Of a stretch of 64,000 nucleotides of DNA, positions 9,532 to 17,745 are shown piece by piece. The stretch is from Candidatus Multivoradales bacterium (GTDB taxonomy: Bacteria; Acidobacteriota; Thermoanaerobaculia; Multivoradales; Multivoraceae). The notes under the pieces are model-generated. The model ran no database searches. It had not been told where the DNA came from and worked only from the letters and a program-made list of their open reading frames with translations. Positions within the stretch are counted from its first letter, which is position 1, and each line of letters begins with the position of its first letter. Location: positions 736,001 through 800,000 of the forward strand of contig CBDCWI010000002.1 in NCBI GenBank assembly GCA_965223325.1, given 5' to 3'. The position numbers and the translations under genes were made by a program.

Positions 9532-10617
9532 TCAGTCGTCTGAGGTGCTACCCGACTTCTTCGCCAGCGCCTCACTCTCGAGCAGGCGAGCACCGCGCAG
9601 AATGCCGTCCATGGCGTAGTTGCCTTCGTGGCAGGCGTACTCGTAGACCTTCTCATCGCTGGTGCGCCAGACGTACTCACCACTCCACGGCGCCGTCCAC
9701 ACCGAGGGGTCGTCCATGGTGAAGCGATAGAGCAGATTGCCGTCCTCGAGGCGCGAGAAGCGCTCGGTCACAACCGCGTTCTCGGAGCCCCCACGCATCA
9801 GAGCGTCGGGCCGGAAGTTGGTGGTCTCGACGACCAGCGTGTCGCCTTCCCACCAACCAATCGAGTCACCGAGCCACGAAAGCGTCGCAGCCGGCGCGTG
9901 CTCCGAGTTCATGCGCACGATGCGTGCGTCGTGCACCATCTCGATGAGAATCATCACATGCGTATCGGTCTGGATGATGCGCTTGTAGTTGTTGTAGAGG
10001 CTCGGGAATGTCGGTGCAGCACCCGTGAAACCGAGAAGACAACGCTCGGCGATGCCCAGAGACTCTGGACCATCGTAGGGCCCCGGACCATCGAGCTCGA
10101 GCCACCAGGCGGTGCCATCGTTGGGGCGCCGGAGCTTGGCACGCTCCGCCATCCGCTCGATGGCAGCCTCGGTCGGCGGTGGCATGCGGCCGTCTTTCGG
10201 GTCGGTGATGATCGAGGTGCGGAACTTGCCGTCGACGGAGAACACCTCGGTTCCACGATCGGTCCAGAAGTTGTTGTAGCCGCCCACGTTGCCCGCACCA
10301 CTGACCTCGCGTGCCTCGTCGTCGTATCCGATCGGTGGCGCACCGCCAGCGGGAGGTGCTTCGTCTACCGGGCCGCGATTGCGCTCACGCCGAAGAACCC
10401 GCTGGCGCTCCTTCTCCATGATCTCTTCGGCCGCCTCGCGGGTGAGCTCGAGGTTGGTGCCGAACTCTCTGGGACGCTGAAGCGGCGTGAGGGTCGAGAC
10501 GTCGTAGGTGCCCGAGAGATCAGGACGCCCGTCGGCGGAGCGTGTGCCGGCCTCTTGCGCCTGACCAGGGAGTGCGAGCAAAAGGCCAGCGACCAGAACC
10601 ATCAAGGTGCGAAACAT
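9532..10617 (-). CDS. secreted conserved hypothetical protein (YEYACHEGN family)
   Basis: Signal peptide; GRPDLSG, ERC, GDSIGWWEGDTLVVET and YEYACHEGNY motifs; coding-like codon usage. Confidence 0.8.
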   Translation of the reverse strand: MFRTLMVLVAGLLLALPGQAQEAGTRSADGRPDLSGTYDVSTLTPLQRPREFGTNLELTREAAEEIMEKERQRVLRRERNRGPVDEAPPAGGAPPIGYDDEAREVSGAGNVGGYNNFWTDRGTEVFSVDGKFRTSIITDPKDGRMPPPTEAAIERMAERAKLRRPNDGTAWWLELDGPGPYDGPESLGIAERCLLGFTGAAPTFPSLYNNYKRIIQTDTHVMILIEMVHDARIVRMNSEHAPAATLSWLGDSIGWWEGDTLVVETTNFRPDALMRGGSENAVVTERFSRLEDGNLLYRFTMDDPSVWTAPWSGEYVWRTSDEKVYEYACHEGNYAMDGILRGARLLESEALAKKSGSTSDD

Positions 10618-10704
10618 GTCAAGACCTCCGGTGTTTCGCTCATCCTAGACCAACAGTCATCAACGAGCCGAAGCGCTTCCACTTTGGCTCTTCAAGCAAC
10701 AGAA

Positions 10705-10745
10705 AACCCCGACCCGCGCCGACGAATCGCGGGCGAATCGGGGTT
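10705..10745 (-). terminator. probable intrinsic terminator after the OmpA-domain gene
   Basis: AACCCCGA/TCGGGGTT and CCCGCG/CGCGGG nested stems with a short T run on the minus strand. Confidence 0.5.
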
Positions 10746-10769
10746 CCGTTGAAAAGACGGCGAAAGCCG

Positions 10770-11327
10770 TCAGCGACGGATGTGGACCTCGACGCGGCGC
10801 GCCTCTTCGAGATCACCACTGCCGGTGGTGAAGAGGGGCTTGCGCAAGTCGATACGGTCGGCCGGGACCCCGAGCGCGATGAGCTTGGAGCGCACCGAGA
10901 GCGCCCGGTTGCGCGCCAGCTCGTCGTTATGGGCGGCGTCACCGGTCGGGTCGTGATAGCCCGAGACTGCGGTGATGACGTCGTCGTGTTCGCCCATGTA
11001 GGCAACGATTTCCGCCAGCGTCGTGTCGACATCAGCCGGCAGGCTGAACTCGTCGACGTCGAAGTAGACGCGCGCCGTCGGAACCTCCTCGACATCCACC
11101 AGCCCGCGCAGCTTGTCAACGAACGACGGGCCTTCAGGCTCCGGTTCGGGAGCCGGCACGACGGCCGGTGCGGGCGCCGCGGCGACCGCGGTAGTGCCAC
11201 AGGTGGGACAGTTGCGGCCGCCTGGGCCGTGACCCATGAGCCAGAGGGCGAGGGTTAGTAGCGCCAGAAGAATGGCGACGGTGAGCCAGATGGTCCTGAA
11301 GGAACTGCCTTCTTGATGGTTACTCAT
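10770..11327 (-). CDS. OmpA-like peptidoglycan-binding domain protein with N-terminal TM and Pro/Ala linker
   Basis: VYFDV, SGYHDPTGDAAHNDELARNRA and EARRVEV. Confidence 0.88.
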   Translation of the reverse strand: MSNHQEGSSFRTIWLTVAILLALLTLALWLMGHGPGGRNCPTCGTTAVAAAPAPAVVPAPEPEPEGPSFVDKLRGLVDVEEVPTARVYFDVDEFSLPADVDTTLAEIVAYMGEHDDVITAVSGYHDPTGDAAHNDELARNRALSVRSKLIALGVPADRIDLRKPLFTTGSGDLEEARRVEVHIRR

Positions 11328-11345
11328 TTTTTTCCTTCCTAGCGA

Positions 11346-12029
11346 TCAGCGGCGCACGCCGCCATCGAGCACATCCTGGAGGATCTTCAGAGCCTTCCAC
11401 CGGTTGTAGGCCGCGAGCATCGCCTGCTCCGGCCACGTACCTGGATCCGCGAGTTTGAAGTTCGGTCCCGCGGCGTCGAGAACCCGCTGCAAGCGTGGAA
11501 TCTCGGCCCGGGAAAGTTCCATGAACGTCTTCACACCGTCCTCGTTGAGGAGCTCCTCGATCTTCGGGCCGATTCCCTCGATGATCTTGAGGTCATCGGG
11601 GCCCATGATCTCGAAGCCAGCAGCACGCGCCGCGGCCAGGTCGATGGTGGGTCCGAGCTCAAACGCCTTGAGGCGCGCTTCGAGCGCGGAGATTCTCGAC
11701 AGGTGCGCCGGGTTGTCGACCTCGACGGTCTTCTCGACGATCTTCTCAACCGTCTGCGGAGCACGTGCCTCGAGTTCGGCGATCTTGGCGACGAGCGCCG
11801 GGTTGTCGACCTCGACGACCTTCTCGACCTCGACGATCTTCTCAACGGTGTCGGGCGTACGAGCCTCGAGCTCGGCGATCTTCGCAATGTGGGCAGGGTT
11901 GTCGATCTCGACCTTTCGCTCGACGATCTTCTCCACCTCTATTTGGGGTCGCTTCAGCAAGCCGCTGAGCAACCACGCACCGAGCGCACCAGCAAGGTAC
12001 GGCCAGAGTGCGCAAAGAAAGGAAGCCAT
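11346..12029 (-). CDS. membrane-anchored protein with three KIVE..VEVDNP repeats and a C-terminal helix-hairpin-helix (DUF4332-like) domain
   Basis: N-terminal TM; three repeats of about 30 aa; DDLKIIEGIGPKIEELL...DPGTWPEQA; GGAGG SD before ATG 12029. Confidence 0.8.
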   Translation of the reverse strand: MASFLCALWPYLAGALGAWLLSGLLKRPQIEVEKIVERKVEIDNPAHIAKIAELEARTPDTVEKIVEVEKVVEVDNPALVAKIAELEARAPQTVEKIVEKTVEVDNPAHLSRISALEARLKAFELGPTIDLAAARAAGFEIMGPDDLKIIEGIGPKIEELLNEDGVKTFMELSRAEIPRLQRVLDAAGPNFKLADPGTWPEQAMLAAYNRWKALKILQDVLDGGVRR

Positions 12030-12396
12030 AAATCCTCCATAGGACCCGTCACGATGGACGCACGGCGTTCGCTGCCGGTGAGCCCTCCGATCAGTCCTGG
12101 TCATAGGTTTTGGGGAAACAGACCTCGATGGTAGAGGGGAGCGGTACCCGAGGGCAAGCAAGCATGCTGCAGCCGGCCGCAGAGACAACCGCCCGAGGGC
12201 CGCAAGTCCTTTGGCCCCTTTGGCTTCGTGAGATCGAGCCGCCCATCTCCAGAGGTCAAGCAGAACCCCTCGTGTCAGGCAACAACCCTCACAGGCCGCC
12301 GGCAGCGGGAGTGCCCCAGCAAGGTTTGAGCCGCGTTTCGCGTCCTCTCAAGCGAGAGCCCAATGACGGGGAACCTCAAACAAGGGAGAACACGAC

Positions 12397-12933
12397 GTGG
12401 GAAAACAGCGAGGATTCGGCAGTCGGAAACTGGGGAGCAGCGCGCTTCGCAGAACCCTGAGAGAACAGCGGCGCCAACTCGACGAGATGGTCGAGGCACA
12501 GCGACGGGAACGAGAAGCGTGGCAGAAGCGGCGGGTGATCCACCCCGCAGGACCACTGGAGCCGCCCTGGGAGGACCAGGACATGTGGCGCGAGCTCGCG
12601 TACCAATTGCACCAGAACGAGGCCCAGTCGACCGACGACGACTGGGACGACGATCCCTTCGGGTTCGGCCCCGACGCGTGTCCAACGCTGCGCGAGTACG
12701 AGGTCCTCGAGATCTACGAGCACGAAGGGCTGCGGGTGATGGAAACCAGTTCTGACCCCGAACCCAAGTGTCGTTTGTGGATCCCCGAAGCCGCCGAGTG
12801 CTTCACCGTCGGCCAGCGCTTCAACCTGGGCTGGAACGACACTTCTGTCGGCGTCTGGCCGCCGGCTGGGGACGGGGTCACACCCACCGCACCGAGCGGT
12901 GTCGCGTTCCGCTGGGCACCCGGCAGTAGCTGA
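12397..12933 (+). CDS. hypothetical protein (no recognisable family)
   Basis: 178-aa ORF with GGGAG SD upstream, GC3-rich codons, basic N-terminus and acidic middle. Confidence 0.6.
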   Translation: MGKQRGFGSRKLGSSALRRTLREQRRQLDEMVEAQRREREAWQKRRVIHPAGPLEPPWEDQDMWRELAYQLHQNEAQSTDDDWDDDPFGFGPDACPTLREYEVLEIYEHEGLRVMETSSDPEPKCRLWIPEAAECFTVGQRFNLGWNDTSVGVWPPAGDGVTPTAPSGVAFRWAPGSS

Positions 12934-12980
12934 CCGAGCAGGCAGGCGGCGGTTGGGGCCTCTGGCCCCTCCCCCGCGCC

Positions 12981-13170
12981 CTACGGCTTCATGTGTTCGT
13001 CGTACCAGGCGATCATGCACACCATGCGGCCTTCGATGGAACTCGGCACCGTGAGGCCGTGGAACTGGCCGTCGGGGCTGAACCTCGGGTGGCCCTCGCT
13101 TCCCTTCTTGGTGTGGGTCAGCAGCACCCGAGTCGGACCGTCCGGGCTCACCATGAAGAGATCACTGCTC
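12981..13170 (-). pseudogene. internally deleted S9-family peptidase remnant
   Basis: Manual translation SDLFMVSPDGPTRVLLTHTKKGSEGHPRFSPDG|QFHGLTVPSSIEGRMVCMIAWYDEHMKP*: a TolB/PD40-like N-terminal blade joined directly to the catalytic-His C-terminus. Confidence 0.65.
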
Positions 13171-13175
13171 GCTTC

Positions 13176-13247
13176 AACGAGATCTTCGATGATGGTTTCG
13201 AGAGCGGCGACTCCGACGCGTGGGACGTCATCTGCGACGGTTGCTAG
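13176..13247 (+). pseudogene. orphan 3' end of a secreted-protein gene with an IFxDGFESG tail
   Basis: NEIFDDGFESGDSDAWDVICDGC* with no credible upstream coding region. Confidence 0.55.
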
Positions 13248-14536
13248 AGACCGTATCTCGCCACGCTATATGCCACCCAAAGGATCTGGCTAAGGATCGC
13301 GAACAGGCCAGCAGCAACGAGAAGGCCACGCCGCCACTGAGGTGGGGGGTTGAAGCTTTGGGCTAAGAGCACCGCGACCCAGGGTGCCCAACCCCAGAAA
13401 TACCAGCCCCCCACAGCACCCCAAACGCCAAAAACCTTTCGCTTTCCAACAGCAAAGGCCACGAACCCGATCGCCGCTACGATCAGTCCCGCTATGTGCG
13501 GAATCGTTCCCGACGAAGGCCTAGGCCTTGCGAGAAAAAATAGCACCAGCGTGAGCACGGCGAAGAACACGACAAGCCAGCCGGGTGGACGGATACCACT
13601 CCAGCCGCCTAGCCAGAACGCCGTTTTGAAGAAGGTATACGCGCTATGAGCAAGGCCCTTCGCCACCACAAGTGCTGAGTCCGTGAGTACGACCGAAGAA
13701 TTCAGTTCTAGGGTCCCTCCCCACTGCCACCCTCTCCAAAGCTGAACGGGAAAAACCGCGGCCGTAGCAGCAACCCCAGCGGCGACCAATCGCCAAGAAC
13801 GATCGCGTATCCACTGAGTGATGACCACCGCAGCGACGGGAAGCGCTGTGAGCTTCAAGAGCGGACCCACGGCAAGGAGCGCCACCGCTAGCCATGCCCG
13901 CGTCGCCTTGGGCCGACGTCCCACAATGATCAGCACCACGAGTGCCCAGAAAAAGATTGGCGCATCGTTGGATACTCGAATGAGCGACTCTGACGCTCCT
14001 GGTAAGAGAAGAAGGGCGAGTAACACTGCTTCTGACCCGGGGTGTCGCCGTTCAAGCCGGGGTAACCCAACCCACAAGGCAAGAGCCATTCCCACCACTG
14101 CCGCGAGTCGGATGAGAAGCAGTTGAAGCTCGGGCGATGTTCCACCTGCACGGACAACCCCATAGGCCAACAGATAAGCGAGAGGCGGCTGGTGCGCCTG
14201 GTAGTTCGGATATTTCTCAAGCCTCGGTCCCTCAAGGATGGGCTCCGGACGGAGTAGGTTGAACCCCGACGGACTCTCTTTGTTGAACGGCGGGCAGCCA
14301 AACGCGGCGTTCATATCGGGACCACACGGTCGCGCTTCTAGCGTTGAGATGAGAAGGGGATCGAGGGCGTCTTCGGGGGTTCCCAGCGCTAGGGCACGTA
14401 CCCGCGCAAGATGAAACGGTTCGTCTGGGCCCTCAAAGGCCGGCACCGCCAACGCATGCATCACGAAGATCAGTAGCAAGACGATGCGAACGCCTATCTT
14501 CGTCCTCTCAAAGGTCTGTGGTTTGATTCGTTCCAC
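13244..14536 (-). CDS. polytopic membrane protein, GT-C-fold glycosyltransferase-like (DUF2142-like)
   Basis: PAFEGPDEPFH after TM1, QAHQPPLAY, SNDA and LLKLT; many TMs; visibly more A/T-rich than its neighbours. Confidence 0.7.
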   Translation of the reverse strand: MERIKPQTFERTKIGVRIVLLLIFVMHALAVPAFEGPDEPFHLARVRALALGTPEDALDPLLISTLEARPCGPDMNAAFGCPPFNKESPSGFNLLRPEPILEGPRLEKYPNYQAHQPPLAYLLAYGVVRAGGTSPELQLLLIRLAAVVGMALALWVGLPRLERRHPGSEAVLLALLLLPGASESLIRVSNDAPIFFWALVVLIIVGRRPKATRAWLAVALLAVGPLLKLTALPVAAVVITQWIRDRSWRLVAAGVAATAAVFPVQLWRGWQWGGTLELNSSVVLTDSALVVAKGLAHSAYTFFKTAFWLGGWSGIRPPGWLVVFFAVLTLVLFFLARPRPSSGTIPHIAGLIVAAIGFVAFAVGKRKVFGVWGAVGGWYFWGWAPWVAVLLAQSFNPPPQWRRGLLVAAGLFAILSQILWVAYSVARYGL

Positions 14537-14625
14537 TATTCAGACCAGCCAAACGGTTTGCGATGGTTCAAGGGTAAAGGGAAGCTCACGAGGTAGATCA
14601 CCAGCCTAGGCGGAAGGATGCGGAG

Positions 14626-14700
14626 GTGACCAGTTTTCTCGGTCTTCAATGTGTCGAAGAAGCTCTCGACCACAGCATGATCCCAGCAGTCTCCTCGGCG
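14626..14700 (-). mobile_element. IS3-family transposase scar (integrase core fragment)
   Basis: [22 protein letters not shown] matches the IS3 GNCWDNAxxESFFxTLKxE motif. Confidence 0.75.
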
Positions 14701-14877
14701 ACTCGGAGCCGGTTCGAAGTCTGTTCTGGACTCCACGATCTCGCCCATCGGCGGTCCTGCCGACGTCCGTGTCGGCGCCCGGTCCATCTCACAGATGGAC
14801 CCGGCAGAACCTGACCATCGGGCCTGGCGATTCTCCCCGCCAGACGATCCTGAAGGTAGTTCCGAAGACGACGGTTG

Positions 14878-15006
14878 CTAGCCAGCTTCGACGGCTTTGG
14901 TCGTCGGGGACGGCTCGAAGGGGCGACCTTCGGCAGCCAGCGGCGTCGCCAGAAGCGTGGCCGCTACGGCAGTCGCCGCCAGGGCGATCGTCAGTGTAGT
15001 TCTCAT
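14878..15006 (-). pseudogene. truncated gene start with signal peptide (possibly the 5' end of the S9 peptidase)
   Basis: MRTTLTIALAATAVAATLLATPLAAEGRPFEPS...*, starting a few nt after the upstream gene's stop and ending early at TAG. Confidence 0.5.
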
Positions 15007-15014
15007 GGACGCAT

Positions 15015-16883
15015 TCATTGCCCTTCTCCTTCGAGCAGCCAGCCTTCGGTCAGCGCAGCATGGTGAATCACTTTTCGCGCTCCCTCGTGCTGGCTGTAGG
15101 TGAGATGAATCGTGCCATCGGGCCCCTGATATGACGACGGATAGTGGAAGCGAGCACTCTCGGGTGGCGCCTCGGCAATCGTTCTCCTGGCGCTCCAGGT
15201 GCGGCCCTCGTCTTCAGACAGCGAGGCCGCGAGAAGATGCCGACCATCGGCGAGAGCGTTGTGAAACAGGATCCAGCGACCGCTCTCGAGCTCGAGCAAG
15301 TCGACTCCCGCGCCTGATTCCGGCAGGCCCGGTACGTCATGGGCGATCGTCCAGGTACCGCCGCGGTCGCTCGACTCGGCGGTCAGAACGAGCTTTGGCG
15401 GCGGCCCGTTGTCACGCATGTAGGCAACGACGGTGCCGTCGTCGCGCTGTCCGAACGAGGGCTGCACGGCGCCGCCGCCGATGATCGGCTCGGACATCGT
15501 CCAGGTCAAGCCGCCGTCGTCGCTGGCGCTTGCCGCAGCGAACGAGAAGCCATCGGAGTAGAGCCCCACCAGGAGGCGCCCGTTGTCGAGCTCCACCGGA
15601 TGGGCGCGGGTGAACCAGCCCAGTCGACGGGTCAGTTTGTCGCTGGCCTGGCTGAGGTTGCGAGCGAGCCACGAAGCAGCCGGCTCGGGCGGGTTCTCTG
15701 GGTCGAGGCCGAGGCTTTCGAAGTACTGAAACGTCTTGGCTTCGACCACCGCGGCAAAGTCTTCTCCGGGTTTACCGGGAAGAACACCGGCACGCGACCA
15801 CACCGGCGGCCCCTCGCCAATGGACCAGCCGGAGTCGGCAACGCGGTACTGCAAGAGAGCGCTTTCCCACAGGTTGGCCAGAATCACCGGCCAGAACAAG
15901 AACAGCCGGCCGTCGCCATCGACCATCAGAGTGCAGTTGGTGTCGGGGAAGTCGGGCGTGTCGGCGAGAACGAACGGCTCGCTCCAACCGCTTCTGGCAG
16001 ACCGCTCGGCTCCGAGTCGCGAGGCCAGGATGCGCGTGTCGTCGGCGCGCCGCTCGCCCGAGCCACTGAACCAACTGACCATCAGCGCTCCGTCAGGCGC
16101 CGAGACCACCGACGAACCGTGATTGTGCACGCCAGCCAGCTCGCTCGCAGGCGAGAACACGTCGCGATCGGTGCGCCAGGCAACGTGGCGGCGCAGGATC
16201 TCACCCCACAGGAAGTACCCCGCGTCGCTCAGGTGCAAGCCATCCTGGACAAACAACCCGGCGCGCGGTTTTCCATCGCTCCCCAGCATGGGCGTATCGA
16301 TGTCGACGTAGACCAGCCGAGACTCGCCCTCTGCACGCGCGCTCACACCCTGGTTCACGGCGCGCATCGGCTCGATGAGCTCCCAGCGGGCCAGGCTCGG
16401 CTTGATCGCCACGAAGAAGAGACGGGTGCCTGGAAAGTCAGTCCACAGGCGGGCGGTGAAAGCGTCGAAGTCTGCCAACACCCGTTGCGGAGTCTTCCCC
16501 GCCGCGATGTCGTTGTCTCCGGCGTAGAACACCACCTCACGCGGCGCGTGTGGCACGACCAGCGTGTCGAACCATTCGACCGAATCGGCGATCTCTGAAC
16601 CGCCGAACCCCCTGTTGGTCGCCGGCCAGTCAGGGAAGAAACGCGGCAGGTCCCAGAATCGAATACTCGAGGAACCGAGGAAGAGGACTCCTCCCGGTAC
16701 GGGCGGCTCGGCTCGGTCCTGGGCCTTGAACGCGTCCATCGCCTTCTGCCAGCGCGACGCCGGAGAGGTCACCTGGGTCGGAGATGCGGAGGCGCGGCTG
16801 GACGAAATCGCTGTGGCCGCACCGGCTACTGCAACGAGCGCCACCACCAGTCCCACCGCCTGTCCCTTCGTGCGTCTTGCCAT
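15015..16883 (-). CDS. secreted SGNH/GDSL esterase fused to a BNR-repeat sialidase-like beta-propeller
   Basis: FLGSSS, NRGFGGS, YAGDND and DGLH (SGNH blocks); Asp-boxes SDDGGLTW, SSDRGGTW and SEDEGRTW; C-terminal YP. Confidence 0.88.
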   Translation of the reverse strand: MARRTKGQAVGLVVALVAVAGAATAISSSRASASPTQVTSPASRWQKAMDAFKAQDRAEPPVPGGVLFLGSSSIRFWDLPRFFPDWPATNRGFGGSEIADSVEWFDTLVVPHAPREVVFYAGDNDIAAGKTPQRVLADFDAFTARLWTDFPGTRLFFVAIKPSLARWELIEPMRAVNQGVSARAEGESRLVYVDIDTPMLGSDGKPRAGLFVQDGLHLSDAGYFLWGEILRRHVAWRTDRDVFSPASELAGVHNHGSSVVSAPDGALMVSWFSGSGERRADDTRILASRLGAERSARSGWSEPFVLADTPDFPDTNCTLMVDGDGRLFLFWPVILANLWESALLQYRVADSGWSIGEGPPVWSRAGVLPGKPGEDFAAVVEAKTFQYFESLGLDPENPPEPAASWLARNLSQASDKLTRRLGWFTRAHPVELDNGRLLVGLYSDGFSFAAASASDDGGLTWTMSEPIIGGGAVQPSFGQRDDGTVVAYMRDNGPPPKLVLTAESSDRGGTWTIAHDVPGLPESGAGVDLLELESGRWILFHNALADGRHLLAASLSEDEGRTWSARRTIAEAPPESARFHYPSSYQGPDGTIHLTYSQHEGARKVIHHAALTEGWLLEGEGQ

Positions 16884-17188
16884 CTCCAGTCACCTCGCCA
16901 TTGAAGGCGCCCTTGAAGACGCCATTGGAATCGTGGCCGCGATCCTCTCACGCCCTCATTCTGGGAACGAGGCGCCAAGGGACCGAGGCGATGCCCAGCC
17001 GGCCCGTGAGGGCGCGCACCGGTCGAAGACGCCGGAACTCCAGCCGGGGAGGCTCAGGCCCATCGCGCTCCCCAGCCAGACCGCGGTGACGTAGACTCCC
17101 CGGGCACACTTTCGATACATCCACGATGATCGGTAGCAGAGGCGCTGGAGATCTGCGCCCCGCTGCTTCACCGATGCGGAGAAACATC

Positions 17189-17623
17189 ATGCGCACACAG
17201 AGAGCTGTCATCCTTTCGCTAGCCATCCTCGGTCTACTCTTCAACGTCGCCTGCGCGTCGACTGGCGGTGGTGGTGCTGCGGCCATACCGCCAGAGCAGC
17301 AGATTGAAAGCCTGCTCGACAGCATCACCACGGCCCTGTCCGGTGCCGACATCGAAACCATGATGTCGTACTACTCGGACGACTTCATGTCTGACCAGGG
17401 TCAGGACAAGGCAGCGACCACCACCTTCCTGTCGACGGTCGCCGAACAGGGCTTCCTCGAAGGTGTCGAGATCGACAACACGTCGCGCACCATCGCCGTT
17501 GACGGCGATACGGCAACCGTCGAAGGCGTTGGCCTTTCGGGTGCCTTCGGCGTTCTCACCCTGGGCTTCAAGCTCGAGAACCGCGACGGCAACTGGGTGG
17601 TCACCTACCAGTCCCAGCAGTAG
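17189..17623 (+). CDS. lipoprotein with NTF2/SnoaL-like domain
   Basis: NVAC lipobox, DIETMMSYYSDDF and terminal ENRDGNWVV; GGAGA SD. Confidence 0.75.
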   Translation: MRTQRAVILSLAILGLLFNVACASTGGGGAAAIPPEQQIESLLDSITTALSGADIETMMSYYSDDFMSDQGQDKAATTTFLSTVAEQGFLEGVEIDNTSRTIAVDGDTATVEGVGLSGAFGVLTLGFKLENRDGNWVVTYQSQQ

Positions 17624-17640
17624 ACCGAGAGACAGCGGTC

Positions 17641-17683
17641 GAAGGAAGGGCGGCAGGGGTCACTCTGTCGCCCCCTTCTTTTT
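17641..17683 (+). terminator. intrinsic terminator
   Basis: GGGCGGCAGGG/CTCTGTCGCCC stem followed by CTTCTTTTT. Confidence 0.7.
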
Positions 17684-17745
17684 GGAGTCCTTCTTCTTGG
17701 CGCCGATTCTCCCGGCGACTCTGCGATGGCGGCCGCTCCTCCCGG

